Source: Camelus ferus (taxonomy: Eukaryota). Taken from it: 64,000 nucleotides of DNA. This document shows positions 12,898 to 23,778 of this stretch, piece after piece. A program made the translations under genes and the position numbers. How positions within the stretch are numbered: the first letter of the stretch is position 1; every line of letters begins with the position of its first letter. Below the pieces are notes generated by a model. The model did no database searches. It was not told where the DNA came from and was given only the letters and a program-made list of their open reading frames with translations. The stretch is taken from the NCBI RefSeq assembly GCF_009834535.1, contig NC_045697.1:61258001-61322000 (forward strand). Reading direction: 5' to 3'.

Positions 12898-13386
12898 TGT
12901 GGTAAGAAGAATAATGGCCACCCAAAGATGCCCAAATCCTAGCCCTAGAACTTGTGAATATTAGATTACATGCAAATGAGAACTAAAGTTGCAAATGGAA
13001 ATAAGGTAAAGATAATCAGCTGACCCTGATATGTACAGATGATCCCAGATTTTTTAGATGGGTTCAGTGTAATCACAGAAGACCTTAAAAGTAGGGGAGG
13101 GTGGCAGAAGAGAGAGAACCACAGGGACGGCAGCATGAGAACAGTGTGACAACCATAGTTGCTGCCTTTGAATTGGGGAAAGGTAGCCACAAACAAAGGA
13201 ATGTGGGTGCCTCTAACAGCTGAAAAAGGCAAGGAAACAAATTCTGCCCCCAGAAGGAGTGTATCCCTGAAAATCTTGATTTCAGCCCACTGAGAATCAT
13301 TTTGGACTTCTGATCATCAGAACTATAAGATGATAAATTTGTGTTGTTTCCAACGACTGAGTTTATGCCAATAGCAATCTAATATA
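12898..13386 (+). mobile_element. MaLR solo LTR (MLT1D-like) inserted in an L2 3' end
   Basis: Starts 'tgtggtaagaagaataatggccacccaaagatg'; contains 'gatttcagcccactgaga...ttttggacttctga...agaactataagatgataaatttgtgttgttt'; 5-bp TSD ttact/gtact. Confidence 0.85.
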
Positions 13387-13433
13387 GTACTAAAATGATC
13401 CTAAATGGAACTTCCTTAAAGAAGTCTCTCCAG

Positions 13434-13499
13434 TGTAACAGAATCGATTTGCTGTTCACATGAAACTAACACATTTTAAATCAACCATACTTCAATAAA
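13434..13499 (+). mobile_element. 66-bp L1 3' tip with TSD
   Basis: 'ttgctgttcacatgaaactaacacattttaaatcaaccatacttcaataaaa' flanked by aaagaagtctctccag (13418-13433) and aaagaagtatttccag (13500-13515); tt/aaag endonuclease-like site. Confidence 0.85.
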
Positions 13500-13991
13500 A
13501 AAGAAGTATTTCCAGAACACCTAGAATAGTTCTCTTTGTTCTCCTTCACAGCAGTTCTCTCAATTTTAATTGAATAAATATTGTTTAGTTAGTATTTGTC
13601 ACCTATTTGAGAAGTTAAGCTCAATGAAGACAAGGATTTCACACGTTTTATCCCAGCAAAATTCTCAAGTCTTAACATAAGACCTGACTCCATAAGTGCT
13701 TGATAAATACTTATTAGATAAAATTGATTTTTAAATAAGAAATTGATTCGGTTTTACTCTTCTGGGGCTATCAAGGACCAATCTAGGAAAAATGAGTTTT
13801 GAATTCTTTAAATATTTTAAGAAAGGGATCACAAGAGAGTAAAAATATCTTGCCCGGAGGAAAACCTATTAGTGCTAGGACTTCCTGCCTGACTTGTGAG
13901 TATTTCTTCTGCCTTTTGAAGGCAGAGTATTCTCCTTCAGCCTGAATCTTAATCTACAGGACTATTTACAAATTGTCTTAAAAATAGAAAA

Positions 13992-14196
13992 GGTCCTAAT
14001 ATGATAGAACTGAAATCCTACAGAATAGAATTTAATCTGAGATCTCTCTCCCCATGCATGCACAGAGGAAAGGCCACGCAAGAAGGTGGCAATCCACAAG
14101 CCAGAAAGAAGTTTCACTGGAAACCAATTTTGATGGCACCTTAATCTTTCATCCTACAGAACTGTGAGAAAATAAATTTGTGTTGTTTCAGGCATT
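13992..14196 (+). mobile_element. MaLR LTR fragment (MLT1A/MST-like) ending just after its poly(A) signal
   Basis: 'cacagaggaaaggccacgcaagaaggtggcaatccacaagccag...ggcaccttaatct...cagaactgtgagaaaataaatttgtgttgttt'. Confidence 0.7.
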
Positions 14197-15478
14197 AAAA
14201 AATGTCTGAATAATAATAATAAAATAATAATAAAATAATTATTTTTATTACATAATAGTAAAAAATATAAAAATAATAAAAACATGATAATAAAAAATTA
14301 TTAATGTCTTCTTAGTATAAATATAGAATGTTTAATAAACGCATGGTTGATATAAGAAATGAAAAACCAATCATTTAATATTTTATAATATTTTTCACAC
14401 CAGTATTGCTTCCATGATAGTTCTATGTTCAAGGTTTGACAGCTAAGTAATACAAAATAAGAAGAAAAAAAAAACTTCTTTCCTTAAACTTAAAAGCAAA
14501 AGGAACTGGCTGTCTGAGAATGGTTGGAAACACTGATACTGTCAAGTCACAGAAGGCTACTTAGGAAGTATCCAGGCATTTTTAAAAAGACATTATCAAA
14601 TGCCATAAATAATGATTCTGTGAAGTCCCGTCACAGTTTCGACTGCCAACGCACTGGCATCTCAACATGAAGAACTGGCTCCAAACTTTCTGAGCATAAC
14701 CAAATTCCTAGGGAAAATGAGTAAATATCAAGAGAAGTGGCTGCTGTGTTGGCAGATTTACTGGGACTTCAACCAAATGAATTCAGCAAAGGAAGCCTTA
14801 ACTTGCAGCAAATAATCCTTGCATCTGTTTCTTAGGAAGCTATATTCTGTTACTTTTGCTTATTGAATTTTCAATTTTGTGGATTTCAGTAAAATATTTG
14901 TCTTAATTTCAAATACAGTTTTCATTTATTTTCTAGTAGCCTCTATATTATAGTGACCACTAGCCAAAGTCACCAGACCTATTAAAACTATTTTTTATGT
15001 GAGAAAAAGGTAGAAATGTTAATTGTACAATTCATAGCATTTTATTCTACTTGAAATTATCATTAGTCATTTAAACCAAAAAATGTATTATCATGCAAAA
15101 ATAAGATTCTTATTACATTTCCTAAGAGGTTACCAAAGAAACCTGTTATGTAATAACACTCTGGATTAAATAAGTCAACAAACATGTTTGGGCATTTATT
15201 GTATGTCACATCTTTTACTAGAGACCTAGTGGAACTGATAGACAAATAAATCTGTATGATGTAATATAGTAGAAACCATGATAAATGAATACAAATACAT
15301 ATAGTCCTTTAAAACAGAAAAGAGAAATAATTCACTAAAGAAGAAAGCATCTTTAAAATGGGGAATTGAGCTAAGCCTTAAAAGAAGGTGGAAAACGGCT
15401 ACTCTGTGTTTGATGTGGACATGCTAGGGAGAGTGCTCTATTTACCTGCAGTGTTTGTTTCAAAGCAGATATATGATC

Positions 15479-16490
15479 CAGGGGTCTAAAGATTTTTTTA
15501 CTAACAAAAACCCCTCTACTATATAAATAGTATATAAACATAGTACTATATCACTACAGTGCATGCAAATGACATGGAGGTGAACCGGAGGACCCAGAAT
15601 GTGGGGATTTTTCCGTGTGCCCTGGACAGAGATTGGGTAGTTGGGTGAGGGGCTTCATGCACCAGATGGACAAGCTGTGGGCACAGACAGCCTCCTGGGC
15701 CATGCTGAGCTACAAGTGCTGTAAAGAGGTTATGGCCAAGAAGTAGTCCCACTGAGCCTGGTGCCTCCACCATTGTGGAGTTCAGAGGGCTGCCCAAAGG
15801 CCTGGGTCCCCCACCCCCAGGCCACAGCCCCTTGCCACCCCACTGTTCCTCTGTGGCTTGCACCTCCACCACAGCTTCTGATGCCACCACACCCGCCCCT
15901 TGCCTATATTATCCAAGTGCCCTACCCAAACCCTGAGTAGTATTGCCCTCTCTCCCAAGCTTATTTCTCAGTGGTTGAAGACACCTTGGGTGGGGACTTC
16001 CTCATTGTCCTGAACTCCATCCCAGCTGAAACTGGAGCTGGCATCTACACTGTCCACATCTTCCCCAAGCCTCCCAATGCTCTAAGGCTCTGAAACTCAC
16101 AGGATGAGGAGCAGCCAGTCTGCTTGTCGGCAGTCCCAGCGCTCTACTGGCTGTTCCCCCCAAACCCCCTTCTCTCCCCAACACCCCATCTTCTGACTTA
16201 TTGGCTTCAGGTTGGCAGCGCTGCCCATGTCCCCTGCCTATCTCCTCCCAACTAGCAACTTACACTCTGACCCTGGTCCCCTCTACTGAACTGATGTCCA
16301 CAGGATACCAACTGTGAAAAACAATGAAACTATACTCATATATAAATCACTACATATAATTTTACATATTTATATAAAAAGTGGGTAAATTTTACATTTT
16401 TAAGAAATAATTTTTTCTACTAAAATGCACATGGCTTATAATAAGACTTATTTGTTAAGACTTTTACTACTAGTCAGGATGTAGAAATTA
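15479..16490 (+). mobile_element. hAT-type DNA transposon remnant with a GC-rich core (FordPrefect-like)
   Basis: Begins 'caggggtctaaagatttttttactaac...acccctctactatataaatagtatataaacat', which I recall as a hAT-Tip100 FordPrefect-like terminus. The interior is GC-rich and CpG-decayed. The right TIR is unclear. Confidence 0.55.
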
Positions 16491-16679
16491 AATTTATAAG
16501 AAACCAGCACTTCCATCATAAATACATGAACAAGCCAGATAAGTCATAAAATCTCCATAGATTTTTGTTTTTGATGTTTTTTTGTTTTGTTTTGTTTTGT
16601 TTTTCTTTGCTTTGCTTTGTTTTCTTACCATACTAAGAAAACTAAATTCACTGAATGAAATTAACTATAGCAAGCAGCC

Positions 16680-17340
16680 TTTGAGATGATCACTGATGGT
16701 CCCCTGGTTCTTGCTCTTCTCTGAATGCAAAATAGTGGCCCTTTGAAGGTCATCCCTGAGTCAAGAAAGCTACTGAAAATCTCTTTAGTCACTTCAGACC
16801 TTCACTGACTACACTGGAGCAGCACTCCAAGATTACAGTAATGGTAGGAGGACAGATGGAGATTTTCCAATGCCCAGAAAACTAGGGAAAGGGCAGAAGA
16901 AAAATCAAGCAAATGATCAAACAAAAAACATCTCCAGAGAAAAAAGGCTGGCAGCCAGGCTGTGATGCAAAGAAAGACCACTCACAGTTGGGAAAACTGG
17001 AAGTAGTTTAGGAAAATACAAAGATTTTGTTCGAGTCTCTTTAGTGCTCAGAGTCCAAGACTTGCTGAAGGAAAGTCTACATTGTGCCTTCAAAATATTT
17101 GACAATAACAACAAATTGAGTCTAACTAAATTTGCAGCCAAGCCATGCTCAACTGAACTACAGAACACCCAGTCCTTACCCTCACACATGTACTCTAAGA
17201 ACCTGGTAGAAGGTAGGGATTGTACTTTTTCTGGAGGTAAGTATTATTTACTTCAGCTGATACTTTATTTCTACAATGATTGTCATACAACCAAAAATTA
17301 TGACATACAACATCAATAACGTCTACAACAAGCAATGCAT
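16680..17340 (+). mobile_element. Probable old L1 5' UTR remnant
   Basis: General resemblance, e.g. 'aaatttgcagccaagccatgctcaactgaactacag', 'aaccaaaaattatgacataca'. Not confidently assigned. Confidence 0.4.
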
Positions 17341-17560
17341 ATCATTCAGACATCTATATTTTAATAGTCTCTTGGAAAATAGATAAGCATTATATATCTG
17401 ACTTGGAGTAAAAAAAACATACATTTTTGATGTATAGAAATTCAATAAGTTAATATAAAAGCTATATTTATTATTAAAAGATTAAACAATCTAGTAGTTT
17501 TAAAATAGTTAAATAAATAGAGTAATAGAATCTTCTTGCATTTCTGAAGTAAGAAATATT

Positions 17561-17679
17561 CTGCCAAAGTTCAGTAGGTATTCTGTGAGAATTGTTCTGT
17601 CTGTTGGTGTAATTTTTGTGTGTCTGTGGGAGAGGATGAGCTCTGCGTCCTTCTGTTCTGCCACCTTGGCAATCTTCCT
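17561..17679 (-). mobile_element. Isolated ~120-bp L1 5'-terminal fragment
   Basis: The minus strand reads 'caaggtggcagaacagaaggacgcagagctcatcctctcccac...gaacaattctcacagaatacctactgaactttggcag', like the laurasiatherian L1 5' start (caagatggcg YY1 box). Candidate TSD agaaatatt/agaaatttt. Confidence 0.75.
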
Positions 17680-20479
17680 AGAAATTTTTTTGTAATGATG
17701 ATATGTGGCATTGGCCTGGGCTCTGGGCTGAAATCGATTTTAATCTGGAACCATTTGGCTTTCAGGCAAATGGTGAATTCAATAATCCTCTAAAATAAGT
17801 AGCAATCTTGTTTCCCAAAACCTCAGCATTTTTTTCCGGAAAATGGGTTAGAGAAGAGTGGCCCTCCTCATGCTTCTGGAGCCACTGGTAGTAGCTCCTG
17901 TCTTGCAGCTCCTCAGTGGCCCTCCCCTTTCCTCCTCTTTTCCCCGAACCAAGCCTGCCCTGCAAGTTACCTTAACTGATACCTGATTTCTTCCATCTCG
18001 TAAATCCCTGGAAGGTGCTGGCATTTGAAAAATACACACCACTAGGCTATTAACACACTTTTTTTTCCAGTGTGATTTTTACAAGACTGCATTTTAAAGA
18101 GCCTTTGTAAAAGCAAAGCATGTGCCTAATTATTAGTAACAAATGCTGTGTATTTAGCAAATTGAAAATGCAATAATTTCTTAGACTTCTAAATGCTAAT
18201 GAATTAACTGAAAAATCCAGAGCTGAGTTCCTCGTTGCTGTTTCTATACATTTTATAGAATTCTATTATAGAGTACCAATCAATTGAGGAAGCAGTTCAA
18301 GTCAGAAGTGCTAGCTTATTCACAGGAACATTATTAAATCAATTAACCTACTAATGGCAACTGCCAGTTCATTTTTAGGAACGGCTCAGCAGCAATAAAA
18401 TTAAAGTATAGTCATAAATTTTTCTCTGTTATAGGTATTGAAGAAGAAAAATACTAAAACTGTTTTTTAACTTTGTCTTTAACATTAATCAGATTGCTTT
18501 AAGAAGCTCAGAAAAGGGGTTATGCTATCAAATGAGAAATCTATTCTGAAACCATTTCCCGGTAAGTGAAAGTTATTTTTACATAAACTTTTTTAATTGC
18601 TGAAAGTGCAGTTACCTTCACACATTTACTCTGTTTAGGGAGAAAATGAAATAAATCCATGCTGCTTCATTTCACATCATGCTGCTTCTGCCTGGTTTTC
18701 CCTCACTAGCTTATCTCCCGTACTGACAACAAACAGACCCAGCTACTGTCTCTTAGAAAGATGTGACAGAAGAGAGAATATTTGAAAGAAGTATATTAAG
18801 AATGAAAAACTAAATATTCCGATGCATTTGCTTAAGGTTTAGTGAATCTGGCCTGCACTAGTCAGAAAATGTGAAAGATTTAAGAAACAGTTAAACTGTA
18901 GTCTTCCCTTAGGAAAAATTGGTATTTCTTCAATGAGTCAGAGCATATGTTAAAATCATTAGAAAAAGAATGAATTTTTGTTATGGTTGTGTGGGAAAAT
19001 ACAGGTTCCCTGTGTATTTAGAAACCTAAAATTTAGTCCATAATGGACTATTAAAAATAAGGTCATTTCAGATCTCTGCAAAAAAAGGGAAGAAAAAGAA
19101 AAAAACAATTGGTTAATGATGAAAAAGATTAAGACTGCATGAAAGAATGTTTGCCTCATGATGTCTGAAGTATATTCAAACAGCCTTTTATTAGTGTAGA
19201 AAGAAATCAAAGGAGCAGCCTTTTTTTTTTTTTGAAAGAGAATTATGTTTTTTTAAGTTGTCTTTCTATCCATCTTTAATGAAATTGCTCCTAGCAATAC
19301 TGAAGTAAAATTAAGAATAAACATATATGTATCCCAAGTCAAAAGTAACTTTCATATAGAACTTTTTACCTTGCTGGCAGTAGCAATAAGCTTGGATAAA
19401 AGGTAAAATTTGTACTTCATACTGGACGAGGGAAAAAGCAATCTTATTTCAGTTCTCTTGCTGATTATATTAGATGGCACTGCAAGTTAGTAATATGTCA
19501 AAGCGTAAAATTTCACATTTCTGAAAGCTGTAAAACCTTATTTTCAATGGGCTTCTTTTCCAAAACTTGTTTTTAATGTTTACATAATCATAGGAAAAAC
19601 CACTGGGTCAATTTCATCTGTTACAGCTTTAATGATTTATCTTCTTTTTCCTAGAGTTCCGCTGTCTTGTGTTTGGGCCTGCTACGTGTTAGCCACACAT
19701 ATTCTGTGCTAATTAGACTTTTATAAAATATCACTGATTCAAATACTATTCCAGATGAAGTTCTGATTTATTAAATTGGTGCCACTGGAATATCTGAAAC
19801 AGTACTAAGTTATAAAATAGCCTGGTCTTCTAACTTTCATATCCTGGATGATCATGCTTGGGAGGTTTCGAATGTCATTGTTAGAGATATTCCAAATTAT
19901 CTGAAATGCTTCAGATGAGAGGTATAATAGCTTTGCAGCACTCATGTTCCCATGGCAATTTGTGAAAGAAAACCAAGCTCTCCTCTTTCAGTTAAAGCCA
20001 ATTTAATCCTTTGAATTAAAGAGCTATGTCCAACTTTATAGCAGCTGAGAAATCAGGAAACATGAACTTTTGGAACTCTATCTCAGGATATGATTTTAAG
20101 AGGGAAAAGTTGATAAAATACCATTTGTGTAATTTATTTAATCTCCCATAACCATTGTGTAAGGGCATGCAAAAATGTCAAGGATAGGAATTTCAATGCT
20201 TATTGTCTGCTTCAAGCCCAGAGGAAACTACAAGGCAAAATGATGAAATACCTTTCCTAAGAAATTGAAAAATTTTCTCTAGTCCCAGACATTGCATGTG
20301 GCCTTTCTTCATCAAAACTCAAACCCTCAAATTAAAATATGTTACTCAGAAAGCAGTAGTCTTTTTCAGAATTCTGAAACTTGATAATGTCTTATAACCT
20401 AGTGTATACTACTTTCTACTATTTGATAAGCTTAAACCCCCTCTAAGACAAATCTCAGTGCATTCCTAAGGATGCGTTT

Positions 20480-21390
20480 TTATTTATTTATTCATACAGG
20501 CAGAATTCATTAAGAACCAATGAAACCGCAAGCATTGTGCTAGATTCTGGGGAAGATAAAAAGGAATAACAAAATATTGTCTGTGATCTGAGAACTCAGT
20601 CACTGGCTGGAGAGAGACAGATGTGCAAACAGTGCTGGTTCTACTGTATATAAAATCAAATACTGAAACACAACGTGGTACAAAGTAGAGATAAGTACAA
20701 CATGTTTTGTGAATGCCAAGGAAAGAGCAACTAATTCTGTTAGATGGAGCAATGGAAGCTTTAAAGTTAGAAGGAATATTTGAGCTGGATCTTGAGAGAT
20801 AAATAGGATTTTATGAATCAGAAAGAGTGCAACCTTAATAGACAGCTGAATCTATTTACACAGACATAGAAGAACAATGAGCTTTGCTGGTTTATAAAAG
20901 ACCATCAGTGGTGATAAAGTAGAGACCTTATTTGAAGGAGACTTGACAGGTGAAACTGGAAAAGCAGGAGAGTCATGTAAAAAAAGAACACATATATCAA
21001 GTTAAAGGGTTTGCTATTGATTCGATTAATGGTGACTGAATGGAGGTTTTAAGCCTAAAACTTGTATGATAAAATCTGTGTTTTAGAAAAGTTCTCAGGT
21101 GAGCAGAGAGAGAAAACTAACAGGGGAAGAGACTGCTTACAAAGAGGACTGATAAAAGGTGGCACAAAATAGTATACAAGATTTTGAATGTTAATGCAAT
21201 AAGGATGGAGGGGAAAACATGGGTTCAATTGTTTCTTGGAAAACTGGATGGAGTATAACATGGAAAACATAGAAGAAATATACAGGTATGGGAATAGTAC
21301 AGGAAATGGAGGAGAGGAAGGATAGTGAGATTGGTTTTGGACACTTTAAGCTTAAATTGTCTTCGAGAGATAGAAAAGTTATCCAGTAGC
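20480..21390 (-). mobile_element. L2 3' region
   Basis: 'ttattcatac...aagcattgtgctagattctgggg', 'atttgagctggatcttga', 'gagattggttttggacact'. Confidence 0.7.
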
Positions 21391-21391
21391 T

Positions 21392-21572
21392 CAGAGGTCA
21401 GCAAACATTTTCTGTAAAGGGCCAGATATTAAATATTTTGGGTTTTGTGAGTCATATACATCTCTGCCATTCTGTCATGAAAGTAGTCATTGATTCATAT
21501 AAATAGGTGACACTGTTCCAATAAATTTTATTTACAAGAATAGGTCCTTTGATCATTGTTTGCCAAACCCTA
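21392..21572. mobile_element. MER58A-like hAT-Charlie MITE
   Basis: Termini 'cagaggtcagcaaacattttctgtaaagggccagat' and 'gtttgccaaacccta'; internal 'tgttccaataaattttatttacaa'. Confidence 0.85.
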
Positions 21573-21614
21573 CTGTAAAGTGTTGAAAATAAGTGACTTT
21601 TGCAAACATGCCAT

Positions 21615-22200
21615 TGTCTCAGGTGCATTCCCTCTGAACAGATGCTACAAAGGAGGTGCATGCAGCGAGTTTACTGAGGAGTCCACTTTAGAATGACAAA
21701 TGTAGAGAAGTAAGGAATGCATGCTTAAGCAGAAGTAGAACTTGAACCTGTGGTATGCTGGCATCAGTTTAACAAGTTCTCTGGAAAAAAAAAATCCTTG
21801 ATTTGTAGCATTAGCTGATTTTCATGGTGTATTTAATTATTTAAAGCTATCAACATAAATTCACTGAATGCAAAATCGGGAAGGATGCACAAAACTGCCT
21901 CCCAGCAGACACTTGGAACTGGCCCCAGCACATCACTGAATTGAAATATAATGCAGCTGCAACAGAGGACTCAGCTGATCCCACATAGCATTTGGGAGCT
22001 CAGATGCTCTCCAGGAAGAGCAAATTGAAACAAGAGGGCTAGGTGTTTAAATCTTTATAGTCATTGGGAGTGAGCTGCCCAAGGAGAGGACAAAAAATCC
22101 ATTGAGCTAAGGACAATTCCTGGAGAAGAGTTAGCTGGGTAGCTCAAAGATGGGGGTATCTCAATACTGTGAAGATTATCTGGGCTGAACACCACAATAC
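21615..22200 (-). mobile_element. Ancient ERVL-type LTR (LTR16/LTR33 class) interrupted by a MER63-like element
   Basis: 'gcaacagaggactcagctgatcccacatagcatttgggagct' is similar to 1940-2380. Confidence 0.5.
21748..21938. mobile_element. MER63-like hAT MITE
   Basis: Imperfect TIRs ctgtggtatgctgg and ccagcacatcactg; 8-bp TSD acttgaac/aattgaaa. Confidence 0.75.
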
Positions 22201-22864
22201 TCATGGACTACCAGGTAGGAGACTGAGTTTGTTTATATGAAATTATATTTGATTCAAGTTTTTTTTTTAATAATATTTAGCCTCCCAAAATAACAGCAAC
22301 TATAATAGCAACTATATATGTCATGATCCCACCATTTCACAAAATACATCTTCTGAAGTTTTCCACTGATTATTTTATTAGTCAGGTTGACTTGCTTTGT
22401 GAGAAAGTGGGAAATGAGTAAATTAAGCAATGTCTATATCATTTGATACCATCAATAATAGTACCGAAGTTAACAATTATGACTTTCATCCTTTGCTTAA
22501 TTCAGTATGTTTCTTCTCATTAAGAATCAGCCTTAACCATAACAATGAGCATAAGCATCTGGAGACAGAGAGACACATTTAAAAAATGATTCATTATGTC
22601 ATTTTATACCTGACAGAGTATCTGAACCTCTCTGAGACTCCTTTTCCAAATCTATATGCTGAAAATAATATCTATTTTGCTCATAGTTGACATTAGATGT
22701 AATCTGTACTTTCAATCTTGCCTATCATCATTTTTCATGTGTTCAGTCTGTTCAATAATACTAACAACAATAACAAAATTTATGAATTATATCTCTTCCT
22801 TAGACCCACTGTCTTATTTTGTCCTTTCTTTCATAACCAACGCTCTCAAAATTGGTGTCTACAC

Positions 22865-23030
22865 CAGTGCTTCTCAAACTTTAATTTGCTTAGCAATCAC
22901 CTGGATATCTTGTTAAAATGCATATTCTGATGCAGCAGTTGTGAGGGGATGCCTGAAATTCTGCATTTCTAACAAGCTCTTTGCGAGGGCTGATGCCATT
23001 GAGCCATAAACCACTGTTTGAATTGCAAAG
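22865..23030. mobile_element. MER5A-like hAT-Charlie MITE
   Basis: 'cagtgcttctcaaacttt...aatcacctgga...cttgttaaaatgcatattctga...tctgcatttctaacaagctc'; 8-bp TSD gtctacac/gtctattc. Confidence 0.9.
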
Positions 23031-23089
23031 GTCTATTCCTTACTCCTCTGCCATCAGGCTCAGATAATAGACTGGATAGTAGAACATCA

Positions 23090-23200
23090 TTCATACCACT
23101 TGACTGCGTAGCTCCAGTGATCTCTTTAAAGTCAAATCTAATGCATCCTTTTTAGTCCCTAACTTTGGTGAACTCTCAGCAGCCTTTGATATTGCCAACA
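23090..23200 (+). mobile_element. L2 reverse-transcriptase-region fragment
   Basis: 'ctctcagcagcctttgatattg' corresponds to the LSAAFD motif of L2/CR1 RT. Confidence 0.55.
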
Positions 23201-23721
23201 ATGTGATGGAGCTATTATCACTCCTAAGCAGACAACTGCCATCTCATCCCCAGGACTCTCAGCAACTAGTGAAACCATAATCAGTTGGCCTCACTGCAAT
23301 TTAGCAGATTTCACCTTATCCCTGAGAAACCATGTAGTCATGTATTTCTCTCTTCTCTCTTATCCCTTTACATGGTTAATCTCTTCATCCTGTAGTACAA
23401 AATTTAGACTCAATCCCTCTGAGAAACATTCCACTTATAGGAAGATGGAGAATATTGCGAAATTAAAAGAGAGAACAAAATAATTCTTATATTTTTAAAC
23501 CAGACAACAATATGCATGCTTTTTCTATTAAAGCATGATTTTTGTTTCTTTTTTTTTTCCAAGAAAAATGTGAATCATGTGAGTTGGCTAGTGTAATGTC
23601 ATGTCAATTTAAAGCACTGATGTGTTCTATTATCTGAGCAGGCAGATGCCCACACTGATCTGTAAAAAAAGGGGGAGTATTGTTATACCATACCAATAAG
23701 TACAGTTACTCTTTCTACTAA

Positions 23722-23778
23722 CATACAACACACACACACACACATACACACACAAACACACACACACACACACACACC
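23722..23778. repeat. Interrupted (CA)n microsatellite
   Basis: Seen directly in the sequence. Confidence 0.95.

Noticed and set aside
15546..16260. GC-rich island as a promoter CpG island or coding exon (114-aa ORF)
   Set aside because: CpGs are largely decayed to TG/CA, the peptide is unrecognisable, and the block begins with a hAT-like terminus.
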